Source of the DNA: a virus
Taxonomy: Duplodnaviria > Caudoviricetes
Length of the DNA: 64,000 nt
IMG/VR virus record: IMGVR_UViG_3300021400_000095
Strand: one strand, 5' to 3'
The translations under genes and the position numbers were made by a program. Shown here piece by piece: positions 1 to 10,061 of this stretch. Under the pieces are notes generated by a model. The model had not been told where the DNA came from and did no database searches. It was given only the letters and a program-made list of their open reading frames with translations. Numbering within the stretch: the stretch's first letter is position 1; the number at the start of each line of letters is the position of its first letter.

Positions 1-535
1 GGCAAATATGATATAGGTATTTATTTTTTATGACCTCTTCAGTTACATCAACATCAAATTTTTTTTCATATATTAATCTAATAAGATTATTATACCCATT
101 TAACTTTTCATAAATGCCACAGAACCAACCATACTTTAACAAATATTTGTCAAAATCATTTTGGTTGAAATCATTTTCATTTACATTTATTTCTATTCTT
201 TCAGTATTATTTTGGCTATATTTGTTATAAAATATTATACCATTATAATCATGATAATATTGTTGTTTATCCAAATAAAATAATATTTTGTTTTTTTCTG
301 TTAAATCAGAACCATCATATAAATTAAATAATGATTTTAATGCAAAAATAACATTTTTAATTGGATATGTAGATATTAAGCCTTCTTTTATTAAATAAGG
401 TTTTCTTTCCAACATAGTGGTATACATATTTCCAGCAGCATCATGTTTAGGTAATGTATTAAATAAAACTTCTTCAACTATTTTTTTAACCATTTTACCT
501 AATCTTTTTTCATCTATTTTAATCTTTGTTGTCAT
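1..535 (-). CDS. hypothetical protein truncated by window edge, with L/I-x-E leader; may continue into an ART-like domain
   Basis: Not in ORF track; hand translation MTTKIKIDEKRLGKMVKKIVEEVL...EGLISTYP...KYLYHIC is open to base 1. Confidence 0.75.
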   Translation of the reverse strand, partial: MTTKIKIDEKRLGKMVKKIVEEVLFNTLPKHDAAGNMYTTMLERKPYLIKEGLISTYPIKNVIFALKSLFNLYDGSDLTEKNKILFYLDKQQYYHDYNGIIFYNKYSQNNTERIEINVNENDFNQNDFDKYLLKYGWFCGIYEKLNGYNNLIRLIYEKKFDVDVTEEVIKNKYLYHIC

Positions 536-698
536 TTTTGGTTGAATTTAATTGTTTTATTAATGCATCTCCCATCCTAATTGCCATTCTGGCAACAATA
601 TCAGGTGATGCCTCTAATATTGTGCCAAGTTTTCCACTCTCTAATATTCCCTGCATTGCATTAACTGCTGCTGTAAATCTCATTTCTTCTTCTGTCAT
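519..698 (-). CDS. small hypothetical protein (MTEEEMRFTAAVNAMQGIL)
   Basis: Start moved to ATG 698, downstream of the promoter at 716-747. Confidence 0.65.
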   Translation of the reverse strand: MTEEEMRFTAAVNAMQGILESGKLGTILEASPDIVARMAIRMGDALIKQLNSTKNDNKD

Positions 699-715
699 GC
701 AATATTTTCTTTTTG

Positions 716-747
716 CAAATATATAAATAATTTTCATGATTAACAAA
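716..747 (-). promoter_or_regulatory. Bacteroidota sigmaA-type promoter
   Basis: TTTG-N20-TATATTTG. Confidence 0.7.
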
Positions 748-878
748 TTGTATTTTATATATTTACTATTAATTATTGATATTCTCAAATCAACATAAAT
801 CATTGATAATCCGAAAGTTATATGTATTTTTTCATCATTTGTTAATATTTATATTTGTATAAAAATCTATATTAAACT

Positions 879-2066
879 ATGAGTAAGTATATACATTATT
901 TTAACAATGAAAATGATTTTGATGAAATGAGGTCAGTTGAAAAATATTATGAACCTTGGCTTAGTTTTACAAAACAAAATAAAACACAAACTGAAGATAT
1001 TGATAGAAGTGACTATAACAAAACTGAAGAAGAAAAGGAAAGAGAAAGACTTAAGTTTGTACCATTAACATTTGAAATTCAAAGTGATGGTAATATTATA
1101 TGGAAATCAACAAATACAGGTGTTACAAGAACCATAGAATATAGTAAAGACAATGGACAAACATGGACAAGTATTACAAGTGCAACAGGAGATACAGCAC
1201 CAAGCATTTCTGTAGAAAGTGGTGATACTGTTCAATTTAGGGGTGACAATACAGCATATGGTACAAGTGGTTCTTATTATAGTTGTTTTAGTGGAAATAC
1301 TGCACAATTTAGTATTAAAGGTAATGTAATGAGTTTAATTAACTCAACTGATTTTAGTGATTTAACAACATTAGAAAGTGCATATACATTTGGTTATTTG
1401 TTTAGAAATTGCACTGGTTTAACAGATGCAAGTAATTTACTTTTACCAGCAACTAAATTAGCAAGTAACTGTTATTCAGATATGTTTTATGGTTGTACTA
1501 GTTTAACAACAGCACCAGAGTTACCAGCATCAGCATTAACAGAAAGTTGTTATTCTGGTATGTTTTATAATTGTAATAGTTTAACAACAGCACCAGAGTT
1601 ACCAGCAACAACATTAGAATATTATTGTTATCAATTTATGTTTTATGGTTGTACTAGTTTAACAACAGCACCTGCATTACCAGCAACAACATTAGTAAGT
1701 TATTGTTATGAATATATGTTTCAAGGTTGTACAAACTTAGTACAAGCACCAGAATTACCTGCAACCACATTAACAAAACAATGTTATATGAATATGTTCC
1801 AAGGTTGTACTAGTTTAACAACAGCACCTACATTACCAGCTACTACATTAGCACAATATTGCTATTATCAAATGTTTAGTGGTTGTAGTAGTTTAAATTA
1901 TATTAAATGTTTAGCAACTAATATTTCAGCAACTGACTGTACAAAAAATTGGGTATCTGGTGTGGCTAGTACTGGTACATTTGTTAAACCAGCTTCTACA
2001 GATTGGTCATCAAAAACAGGTGATAATGGTATTCCAAATAATTGGACTGTTCAAGATGCAAGTTAA
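879..2066 (+). CDS. Cys-rich LRR-like (BspA-like) repeat protein, 6 repeats, putative virion adhesin
   Basis: 24-aa repeats PELPATTLxxxCYxxMFxGCTSLTTA; paralog of 6183..8390. Confidence 0.75.
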   Translation: MSKYIHYFNNENDFDEMRSVEKYYEPWLSFTKQNKTQTEDIDRSDYNKTEEEKERERLKFVPLTFEIQSDGNIIWKSTNTGVTRTIEYSKDNGQTWTSITSATGDTAPSISVESGDTVQFRGDNTAYGTSGSYYSCFSGNTAQFSIKGNVMSLINSTDFSDLTTLESAYTFGYLFRNCTGLTDASNLLLPATKLASNCYSDMFYGCTSLTTAPELPASALTESCYSGMFYNCNSLTTAPELPATTLEYYCYQFMFYGCTSLTTAPALPATTLVSYCYEYMFQGCTNLVQAPELPATTLTKQCYMNMFQGCTSLTTAPTLPATTLAQYCYYQMFSGCSSLNYIKCLATNISATDCTKNWVSGVASTGTFVKPASTDWSSKTGDNGIPNNWTVQDAS

Positions 2067-2222
2067 TAATTAATTAAAAAAAATTATATTTGCATTAGTC
2101 CTAACAACCAAAGGACTTTCATGGTTAGCCATTAGCATTTTAAAAGATATTGGTGGGAGTAATTAGAATAGAATCAGTTTTAAAATAATATGAATCTGGT
2201 TCTATTTTTTTTATTATTTATA

Positions 2223-2232
2223 ACTATTTATA
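2223..2232 (+). promoter_or_regulatory. putative phage late promoter motif ACTATTTATA
   Basis: Recurrent motif upstream of structural-type genes. Confidence 0.55.
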
Positions 2233-2267
2233 AGAAAATAAGAAAGTAAAAAAATATAAATATATTA

Positions 2268-2888
2268 ATGACAGCACAAGATTATTTATTAAGTGGAGGT
2301 ACACCAGTATTTTATTCAGGTAATAGTGAAAATTTAGTATGGTGTTACACATTCAATGGTGTTGATGAGAATCTTCAATGTTATGATGTCAGTGTTGGCA
2401 AAGGAATGTTAGATGTTTCAAATTATGATAACATTCCAAGTGGACTAACAAAACTTACAGGATATAATAAAATTAAATTACCTGATGGTAATATATATGG
2501 ACTTGGGTTTAATAACATGTTATTTGGTAGTAATGAACAAGAAGAAGAAGCACCAAAGAGCAGTACCAATAATGTAACCAATCAACAAACAAAATATTCA
2601 GGTTTGATTTATTATAGTGGTGGTACACAATTTGTTGATAAATTAATTGATACAGGTGGTACATATCCTTCATTAATTTTAGTTGGTGAAAATGATGAAT
2701 ATAGTTTTTCTACACAAAATTCTAGTGAATTTGTACCAGCTGTTGCAGGAAATTATTTATTTGTAATTCCATGTAGTAATATGGCTGAAGATTCTTCACT
2801 TTACATTGGAACATTTTTAGGAAAAGATTTAACTGATTTTATTATATTAATGCAGGGTGGTACAAGTTCAGAAGGCCCAGTTGAATAA
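2268..2888 (+). CDS. hypothetical protein, paralog of 2918..3547
   Basis: Shared LSGxTP...YTFNGxDxN...KG N-terminus. Confidence 0.7.
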   Translation: MTAQDYLLSGGTPVFYSGNSENLVWCYTFNGVDENLQCYDVSVGKGMLDVSNYDNIPSGLTKLTGYNKIKLPDGNIYGLGFNNMLFGSNEQEEEAPKSSTNNVTNQQTKYSGLIYYSGGTQFVDKLIDTGGTYPSLILVGENDEYSFSTQNSSEFVPAVAGNYLFVIPCSNMAEDSSLYIGTFLGKDLTDFIILMQGGTSSEGPVE

Positions 2889-2917
2889 AGAAAATAAAAT
2901 ATAAAAATATATAAAAT

Positions 2918-3547
2918 ATGGCAAATGTTGATATAATCTTAAGTGGTTTTACACCAAGTGAAAGAGAATATTCAAGTTATGGTGATAATGAACCAGTATA
3001 TGTATATACCTTTAATGGTTTTGATGCAAATGGTAATTCATTGGACCTTAGTAATGATAAAGGAACTTATAGTATACAAGGAAATGAAAATGGTCCAGTA
3101 TTGTTAGGCTATAGTAAAGCATCTATTGAAAATCAAGTTGTTGATGTTAGTGATTTTAATAACTATGGTGATAATAATAGTAGTGGTGGTGGTAGTGGTC
3201 CTTTGAGAGAAGCTAGTTCATCAAACTCATCTGCTGGCTTAACATCTTATTATGGTATGTTAAAATGTACTTTAAATAATAATGATTATTTATTAAAAAT
3301 TGTTGGACTTACTGTAAGTAATAATTTTATTCTACTTTATTTAGTAGATAATGATAGTAATTATATGGGGGGTATTTCTTCAGATGGTGTAGTAATGATA
3401 AGTGAATCTGAAAGTTCTGAGCCTTCAGAAGTTGATGCTGGTTGGGTAATTATTTTTGGTGATAATGTATTTACTAATGGTATAAGTGCTTATAATTATT
3501 TTAGTAAAATTTTAAACATTGAAAGTGGTGAAGAAGAGAATTTATAA
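2918..3547 (+). CDS. hypothetical protein, paralog of 2268..2888
   Basis: Shared N-terminal motif; terminator-like hairpin follows. Confidence 0.7.
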   Translation: MANVDIILSGFTPSEREYSSYGDNEPVYVYTFNGFDANGNSLDLSNDKGTYSIQGNENGPVLLGYSKASIENQVVDVSDFNNYGDNNSSGGGSGPLREASSSNSSAGLTSYYGMLKCTLNNNDYLLKIVGLTVSNNFILLYLVDNDSNYMGGISSDGVVMISESESSEPSEVDAGWVIIFGDNVFTNGISAYNYFSKILNIESGEEENL

Positions 3548-3690
3548 GTTAACATTATAAAATAATAAAAATAGCCATGAGTTAAAAATTCATGGCCATT
3601 TTTTTTTTTATTATTAAAATATTTAATTTTTTAAACATCAACTATTCTCCATGCAATTAAATAAAAAAAATTGACAATAATATTTAATAT

Positions 3691-4098
3691 ATGTATTTTA
3701 ATATAAAAAGTAGATATAATAATATGGGAGTATTTAAGAACAAGAATGAAGAATTCAAAATGAATGACATTGTTACCTTTATTGGAAAGGAGGTCAACAA
3801 GGAAAATTTTTCTAATGAGTGTTACATTATAGCAGGTTTTGGTTTTGAAAAGTTCAACAGGAAGCCATTTGCAATATTATTACCTGTAACAACAACAATT
3901 GAAGAAAATGCAGAGGAAGGTCAAGATAATACAGAGAGCACAAAATCAGATACTTCTTTAGAGTTACTGAGGGAGATTAAACCAAGAAAGGTAATTAATT
4001 TTTCCACAATAAAGAAAGTAAAGAATGTAGTTATTGAGAAAGATTCCAGCAAGAAAAAGCACATACCTGAATTGGTTGCTGTAAGGTACATTGATTAA
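3691..4098 (+). CDS. hypothetical protein
   Basis: ORF; start may be 3724. Confidence 0.6.
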   Translation: MYFNIKSRYNNMGVFKNKNEEFKMNDIVTFIGKEVNKENFSNECYIIAGFGFEKFNRKPFAILLPVTTTIEENAEEGQDNTESTKSDTSLELLREIKPRKVINFSTIKKVKNVVIEKDSSKKKHIPELVAVRYID

Positions 4099-4352
4099 AT
4101 TTTATTGCCATCATCAAACATATTATCAATTTGAAAAAAGACAGGGTTGTCTGCCATATAAGGGGTAGTCATTTTCATTAAATAAAATTTCAATGTTCTA
4201 TCACCAGTATTAACTGATTCATCATTAACATAAGAATTAAATGGTGGGTTATTGGTTTTATATCCACTACATACTTCTGTTTTAGTATCAGATATAAACT
4301 TAAAAGTTTTATACAATGTATCTGGTGATAGAGTTATTTTTTTATGATTCAT
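4095..4352 (-). CDS. hypothetical protein
   Basis: ORF coupled to helicase end. Confidence 0.6.
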   Translation of the reverse strand: MNHKKITLSPDTLYKTFKFISDTKTEVCSGYKTNNPPFNSYVNDESVNTGDRTLKFYLMKMTTPYMADNPVFFQIDNMFDDGNKI

Positions 4353-5958
4353 GGCAATGTTCTTTTATTTTCAAAAATTCATTATATAAATCTTCAACAC
4401 CTGAATAAGATTTTTCAGGTGGGAATAGTTTTTCACTTATAAAGTTAAGAGATTTTTTTGCTCTTGTTATTGCAACATATAAAATATTTTGTTCAGCATT
4501 AATTTCCCATTGTTTTGTTGCCATTTTATTTGGCATCAAGGAAGGGCATAGGATATACACATTATCAGATTCCAAGCCTTTTGCTCTATGAACAGTTGTT
4601 AATTGTATTGCATTATTTTCATCAACCTTATGTTCAATAAACAGTTCATTAATTCTGTTAATAAGTGCTGTTTTATCTTTAATATTTTCAGCCAATGAAT
4701 TAAATGTCAATAGTTCATCATATGCAATCATAACATCTGATTCACCAACAACACTTTTTAGGTCAGTATGATAAATTTCTGCACAATTTTCCCAGCATTT
4801 AATTAAATTTTTTTCCAAACCCAATCTAATTTCATCAATATCATTTGTTTGGAAATTATTTAATAAACTAATTAAATTATTTGCAAAGTCATATCCTTTG
4901 ACATAAACTTGTTTATTTTGGTTAATCAATTGTATATACAATTTAACCAATGGTGATGTTAATCTACATAAAATCATATCACCATTTTTAATATTGTCAA
5001 AGCCAACATTATAATTGATTTCACCTTCAATTGCAGACTCTGATGGAACAAAATCATTAACTATTTCTCTTGCTCTTTCTGCAATTTTTTTTGCACATCT
5101 ATATGTTATATTTAATTTAAATTGCTTAATATTTGGTTTTTTATTAAATGTTTTAAATGCATCTTCATCAGAACCACACCATGCATTAATTGTTTGAAAT
5201 GAATCACCAAAAATTAAAAACCTTGTGTTTCTTTTCATGCAAATATTAATTAAATTTTGTTGTGCTGGTGATGAATCCTGTGCTTCATCTACAAAAATGA
5301 CATCATAAGATAACCATTTTATACCACCAACAATTCCAAGTTCATATGGAAGCCAAATCATATCAGTATAATCTATTTCATTAATATTTGTGCTTCCCCA
5401 TTTCATGATTTTTCTTACTGCTTCACATTCATTGGAAAAAATATTTACACCATATTTAATAACCATCTTATTGATTTCCTTAATGGATTGCATTAAATTA
5501 AATCTGGAATAATCCAATAATTTTTCAATATTTCTCATATATCTTGCCTTGTCAGCATTTGAAAAATTATCAAATTCATTATTGAACTCATGTAAATGCT
5601 GATGAATATAATCCCTATATTTGTTGTCATTAACAACAATATTCTTATATTTTGCTTGCAAAATCTTTAACCCAAGACTATGATATGTCATTACATCAAT
5701 GTGTTGCTTTCTTTCCTTAAATCTTTCTCTTAAATTTTCAGCAATATGCACATTATATGAAAGAACAAGAACAGATTTGTCCTCAGGAACAAAAAGTGTT
5801 CCAAGTTCAATTGTCTTTGATTTTCCACTACCAGCTCTTGATTCAATGGAAGCATTACCAATTCCATGTGCTATGAAATCACATATTCTAACTTGTTCAT
5901 CTGATGGTAAATTGTCTTTTAATATGCTTTTGAATCTGTTGTCTTGCTTATCTATCAT
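4342..5958 (-). CDS. UvrD/Rep-like superfamily 1 helicase
   Basis: SRAGSGKS, VDEAQD, GDxxQ, TYRC, TVHRAKGLE, YVAITRAK; start moved downstream of promoter. Confidence 0.92.
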   Translation of the reverse strand: MIDKQDNRFKSILKDNLPSDEQVRICDFIAHGIGNASIESRAGSGKSKTIELGTLFVPEDKSVLVLSYNVHIAENLRERFKERKQHIDVMTYHSLGLKILQAKYKNIVVNDNKYRDYIHQHLHEFNNEFDNFSNADKARYMRNIEKLLDYSRFNLMQSIKEINKMVIKYGVNIFSNECEAVRKIMKWGSTNINEIDYTDMIWLPYELGIVGGIKWLSYDVIFVDEAQDSSPAQQNLINICMKRNTRFLIFGDSFQTINAWCGSDEDAFKTFNKKPNIKQFKLNITYRCAKKIAERAREIVNDFVPSESAIEGEINYNVGFDNIKNGDMILCRLTSPLVKLYIQLINQNKQVYVKGYDFANNLISLLNNFQTNDIDEIRLGLEKNLIKCWENCAEIYHTDLKSVVGESDVMIAYDELLTFNSLAENIKDKTALINRINELFIEHKVDENNAIQLTTVHRAKGLESDNVYILCPSLMPNKMATKQWEINAEQNILYVAITRAKKSLNFISEKLFPPEKSYSGVEDLYNEFLKIKEHCHES

Positions 5959-5973
5959 TTTATCTTTTTTATA

Positions 5974-6005
5974 CAAATATATAAAAATATTTTGTTTTTT
6001 TCAAA
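5974..6005 (-). promoter_or_regulatory. Bacteroidota sigmaA-type promoter
   Basis: TTTG-N20-TATATTTG. Confidence 0.7.
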
Positions 6006-6091
6006 CAATTATAATATATATTATTGAATCATCTTGAAAGTGAGCATATATTTTTTAGTTACTGAGTGCCTTTTCCTGCTAATGATTCAAA

Positions 6092-6126
6092 ATAAGGGGA
6101 TATTTTTATCCCCTTATCTCTTTTTT
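6092..6126 (+). terminator. intrinsic terminator
   Basis: ATAAGGGGATA/TATCCCCTTAT stem then T-rich tract. Confidence 0.6.
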
Positions 6127-6138
6127 GTTGGTTTACAA

Positions 6139-6148
6139 ACTATTTAAT
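6139..6148 (+). promoter_or_regulatory. putative late promoter motif ACTATTTAAT
   Basis: About 35 nt before ATG 6183. Confidence 0.5.
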
Positions 6149-6182
6149 ATATAGAATAATTGTAATTTAGATATATTAAAAT

Positions 6183-8390
6183 ATGGGAAAATATTCAGAT
6201 AACATAACTCCTGAAAATTATATTAATTATTTGCATAAATTTGAAACAGTTGATGAATATGAAGAAGAAAAATATGGTTTTGGAAAACCATTTGTTTCAT
6301 GGACTGTTGAAGATGATGGTGTAAATTATAATAAAAATCTTGCAGACCCAAATATGCCATTAACATTTATTGTTTGTAGTGATGGGATTGTTAGATGGAA
6401 AGCATCTAATACAGGTGGTACAAGGTCAATACAATATAGTAAGAATGGTGGTACATGGATAAGCATTACTAGTGCCACAGGAAACACAGCACCAAGTATA
6501 TCAGTTGTTTCTGGTGATACTGTACAATTTAGAGGTGATAATAATAGTTATGCTATAGATAGTGCTAATGCAAAATATTCAACATTTTCTGGCACAACCT
6601 GTCAATTTAAAGTGCTTGGTAACATTATGAGTTTGATAAGTAGTGCTAATTATTCAACATTAAAAGAATTTCCAACAAATAGTAGTATTAATTTTGGATA
6701 TTTGTTTAGGGATTGTAGAACTTTAATTGATGCAACTTATTTAGTGTTACCTGCTACAACTTTAGCAGATAGTTGTTATATTGGTATGTTTCTTGGTTGT
6801 TATGGTTTAACTACTGTACCTGAATTACCAGCCACAACATTAGCACAACAATGCTATTGTATGATGTTTAGTGAATGTTATGCTTTAACAACATTGCCAT
6901 CTAATTTATTACCTGCAACAACAATGGCTGCAAGTGCATATACATATATGTTTTATGCTTGTACTGGTTTAACAGGTGTACCTGAATTACCAGCAACTAT
7001 ATTGGCAGATAATTGTTATGATAATATGTTTAGTGATTGTTATGGTTTAACAACATTGCCATCTAATTTATTACCTGCAACAACATTAACCCCTGCTTGT
7101 TATCAATATATGTTTGCTGGTTGTTATAGTTTAACTACATTGCCATCTACTTTATTACCTGCAACAACAATGGCTGCAAGTGCATATACATGTATGTTTA
7201 GTAGTTGTACTGGCTTAACATCAATACCATCTAATTTATTACCTGCCACCACCTTAGCACCATATTGTTATAATAGTATGTTTGGAAGATGTGATGGCTT
7301 AACATCAATACCATCTGATTTATTACCTGCTACTACATTAGCAGAGAAATGTTATAATATGATGTTTTATGATTGTTATGGTTTAACATCAATACCATCT
7401 AATTTGTTACCAGCCACCACATTAGCACCATATTGTTATAGTGAAATGTTTTGGAGTTGTTCTGGTTTAACATCAATACCATCAGGTTTCTTACCAGCCA
7501 CCACCTTAGCACCATATTGTTATAATAGTATGTTTTGGAGTTGTTATGGTTTAACATCAATACCATCTGATTTATTACCTGCCACTATTTTAGCAAATGG
7601 TTGTTATGATAATATGTTTGCTGGTTGTTATAGTTTAACTACATTGCCATCTACTTTATTACCTGCAACAACAATGGCTGCAAGTGCATATACAAGTATG
7701 TTTTGTGGTTGTAGTGGTTTAACATCAATACCATCAGGTTTCTTACCAGCCACCACCTTAGCACCACATTGTTATAGTAGGATGTTTGTTCATTGTGCTG
7801 GTTTGGAAAGCATTCCATCTGATTTATTACCTGCTACTACATTAGCAGATGTTTGTTATGCTAGTATGTTTTGTGGTTGTAGTGGTTTAACATCAATACC
7901 ATCTACTTTATTACCTGCCACTACCTTAGCACCACATTGTTATAGTGAAATGTTTATTTATTGTTCAGGATTAACCTCAGTACCATCTAATTTATTACCT
8001 GCTACAAGTTTATCTGGTGGAGAATATTGTTATCAGAGGATGTTTTGGAATTGTAGAAGTTTAACATCATTACCTTCTAATTTATTACCTGCAACTGAAT
8101 TAACAGAAGGTTGCTACTTTGGTATGTTTAGTGGATGTACTGTATTAACAACAGCCCCAGATTTACCTGCACCAACATTGATATCAAATTGTTATCAAAG
8201 TATGTTCCAAGGTTGTAGTAATTTGAATTATATTAAATGTCTTGCAACAAATATATCAACATCTAATTGTACATATAATTGGGTAAGATATGTTACATCA
8301 TCAGGTACATTTATCAAAGCAGCATCAATGTCATCATGGACAACAGGAAATAATGGTATTCCATATAATTGGACAGTTCAAGATGCTTAA
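6183..8390 (+). CDS. Cys-rich LRR-like repeat protein, 18 repeats
   Basis: 24/26-aa repeats SIPSxLLPATTLAxxCYxxMFxxCxGLT; caps shared with 879..2066. Confidence 0.8.
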   Translation: MGKYSDNITPENYINYLHKFETVDEYEEEKYGFGKPFVSWTVEDDGVNYNKNLADPNMPLTFIVCSDGIVRWKASNTGGTRSIQYSKNGGTWISITSATGNTAPSISVVSGDTVQFRGDNNSYAIDSANAKYSTFSGTTCQFKVLGNIMSLISSANYSTLKEFPTNSSINFGYLFRDCRTLIDATYLVLPATTLADSCYIGMFLGCYGLTTVPELPATTLAQQCYCMMFSECYALTTLPSNLLPATTMAASAYTYMFYACTGLTGVPELPATILADNCYDNMFSDCYGLTTLPSNLLPATTLTPACYQYMFAGCYSLTTLPSTLLPATTMAASAYTCMFSSCTGLTSIPSNLLPATTLAPYCYNSMFGRCDGLTSIPSDLLPATTLAEKCYNMMFYDCYGLTSIPSNLLPATTLAPYCYSEMFWSCSGLTSIPSGFLPATTLAPYCYNSMFWSCYGLTSIPSDLLPATILANGCYDNMFAGCYSLTTLPSTLLPATTMAASAYTSMFCGCSGLTSIPSGFLPATTLAPHCYSRMFVHCAGLESIPSDLLPATTLADVCYASMFCGCSGLTSIPSTLLPATTLAPHCYSEMFIYCSGLTSVPSNLLPATSLSGGEYCYQRMFWNCRSLTSLPSNLLPATELTEGCYFGMFSGCTVLTTAPDLPAPTLISNCYQSMFQGCSNLNYIKCLATNISTSNCTYNWVRYVTSSGTFIKAASMSSWTTGNNGIPYNWTVQDA
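6740..8220 (+). repeat. intragenic 72/78-bp tandem repeats
   Basis: Includes an 81-bp perfect duplication, 7110-7190 = 7614-7694. Confidence 0.85.
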
Positions 8391-8414
8391 AATAATATTT
8401 AATTTTACATATAT

Positions 8415-8828
8415 ATGGCAAAGATTAATTTAGATGAGGGAAAAATCAGAGAAATTGTTTCTGAAAGCATTAAGAATATATTAAAAGAAATTGATGAAAA
8501 CTACAGGCCAAAACATGTTTGGGTTGACAGTAGGGTTAAAGGTATTGGCATGTCATGGTATAGAGGTGGTCATGACGAAATGACTTTGGAACAATTGCAG
8601 CAGTTATTGGATGAACATGATGCTTGCATCTATTATGATGAACAATTTTATGATAATGTGAATGATGTTCCATTTAAACCAAAATATATTGGAATTGAAG
8701 AATTTGGAATGCCAACATATAGAGGGGTTTATTCCAACCCAAGTTGCACTGTTGTGCCAAAAGGAACAACAATGGAAGTAGGATATTGTTCAAGAAGATT
8801 TAAATTCCCTGAAAAGAAAGAAGTTTAA
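8415..8828 (+). CDS. hypothetical protein with L-x-E leader
   Basis: KINLDEGKIREIVSESIKNILKE. Confidence 0.7.
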   Translation: MAKINLDEGKIREIVSESIKNILKEIDENYRPKHVWVDSRVKGIGMSWYRGGHDEMTLEQLQQLLDEHDACIYYDEQFYDNVNDVPFKPKYIGIEEFGMPTYRGVYSNPSCTVVPKGTTMEVGYCSRRFKFPEKKEV

Positions 8829-8836
8829 ATAACAAT

Positions 8837-8869
8837 AAAAGCCATAGAAACAAATCTATGGCTTTTTTT
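8837..8869. terminator. bidirectional terminator
   Basis: AAAAGCCATAGA/TCTATGGCTTTT between convergent genes. Confidence 0.75.
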
Positions 8870-8871
8870 CT

Positions 8872-9303
8872 TTATTTGTCAAAATAATCCATTTCTTCAG
8901 TGTTATATTCATCAAAAGGTGTAATGATAACAACAATTGAATTTGTTGAGGTTGCTTCAATTTCAATTGAACTTAAATATCTTTTTGCAGGATTATAATA
9001 ACTTGTTTCAACACTTCTTGCAATGTCATATAACATATTATTTACTGAATCAATGACATTTTCCTCTTCATATTCCTCTGGAATTTCCATTTGTGAAATA
9101 TCATTTATTTGAATTGTATTACTGATGTAACCATCATCAGTAATTTCAACATTATTTGATACAATGTCAAATCCATTATTATTTAATTCTTTATTTATCT
9201 CAGTAAGAAGACTATTGAAATCAACACCTGCTTTTTCAACAAAATCAGCATATCTTCTAATAAGATTTGCTTTATATTTATATGATTCTATAATATTTTC
9301 CAT
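8872..9303 (-). CDS. acidic hypothetical protein
   Basis: ORF preceded by ACTATTTATA (9321-9330, minus). Confidence 0.65.
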   Translation of the reverse strand: MENIIESYKYKANLIRRYADFVEKAGVDFNSLLTEINKELNNNGFDIVSNNVEITDDGYISNTIQINDISQMEIPEEYEEENVIDSVNNMLYDIARSVETSYYNPAKRYLSSIEIEATSTNSIVVIITPFDEYNTEEMDYFDK

Positions 9304-9333
9304 AGTAGTGTATTTTAATATATAAATAGTTTG

Positions 9334-9888
9334 TTAAATTAAAACCTTCAATGGTGTAATGTTTATCAAACTATCCTCATCCCCATTGTTTTTAATTGCA
9401 CTAATGCTGACATTATGGGTTTCTATTGTCATTCTTGTCAATATATTGGCAAAATCATTTTCATCATATAAACAAGTTTCAATTTCACCATCATATAAAA
9501 TTTTTACATGCTTATTCCTTACCCTTTTGGTTATTTCTTTAATAATATCATCAAAGCCAAAATAGCCTGTTTTTAGGCCATTATAATCCAATAGATGATA
9601 AAGATACTGCTCAGAACTTTTAACCTTCCCAGAAAGGCTAATTTCATCCAAAAACAACATATAACCATCAAGAAATTGCATTGGATTTTTTGTATAGTTT
9701 TTCAGTATATATTCAAGTTGTTTTTTATTATTAGCATCTTCAAAAAAATGAGGTTTACAATTTTCAAGGAAGGATTGTTCAAGTTTTTTATCCTCACAGA
9801 TAAAATTAATTACAGGTAAGTTATTTTTGTGTAAGGTGTCAGGTTCATAAAACTCAACACCAAGATATATAGTTTTCTTTCTGGGCAT
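9334..9888 (-). CDS. hypothetical protein
   Basis: 184-aa ORF. Confidence 0.65.
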   Translation of the reverse strand: MPRKKTIYLGVEFYEPDTLHKNNLPVINFICEDKKLEQSFLENCKPHFFEDANNKKQLEYILKNYTKNPMQFLDGYMLFLDEISLSGKVKSSEQYLYHLLDYNGLKTGYFGFDDIIKEITKRVRNKHVKILYDGEIETCLYDENDFANILTRMTIETHNVSISAIKNNGDEDSLINITPLKVLI

Positions 9889-10061
9889 AAATAATTAAAC
9901 TTTAAATACAATTCCAATATAGTTATTCTTAAAATTAAATATCTTATAGAAAAACCTTTTGATTTTGGCAACAATTTTAGTATGAGAATAAACATAATAA
10001 AATGTTTGTTCCCAATAACCATTTTCTGCTGTTTCCCAACTAACTTCAAATTTCCACATAA

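Noticed and set aside
6024-6090. Hammerhead ribozyme (CTAATGA and GAAA present)
   Set aside because: Stem II cannot close next to the core and stems I/III are not evident.
879-8390. Diversity-generating retroelement
   Set aside because: No reverse transcriptase or non-coding template repeat in the window; kept only as a hypothesis.
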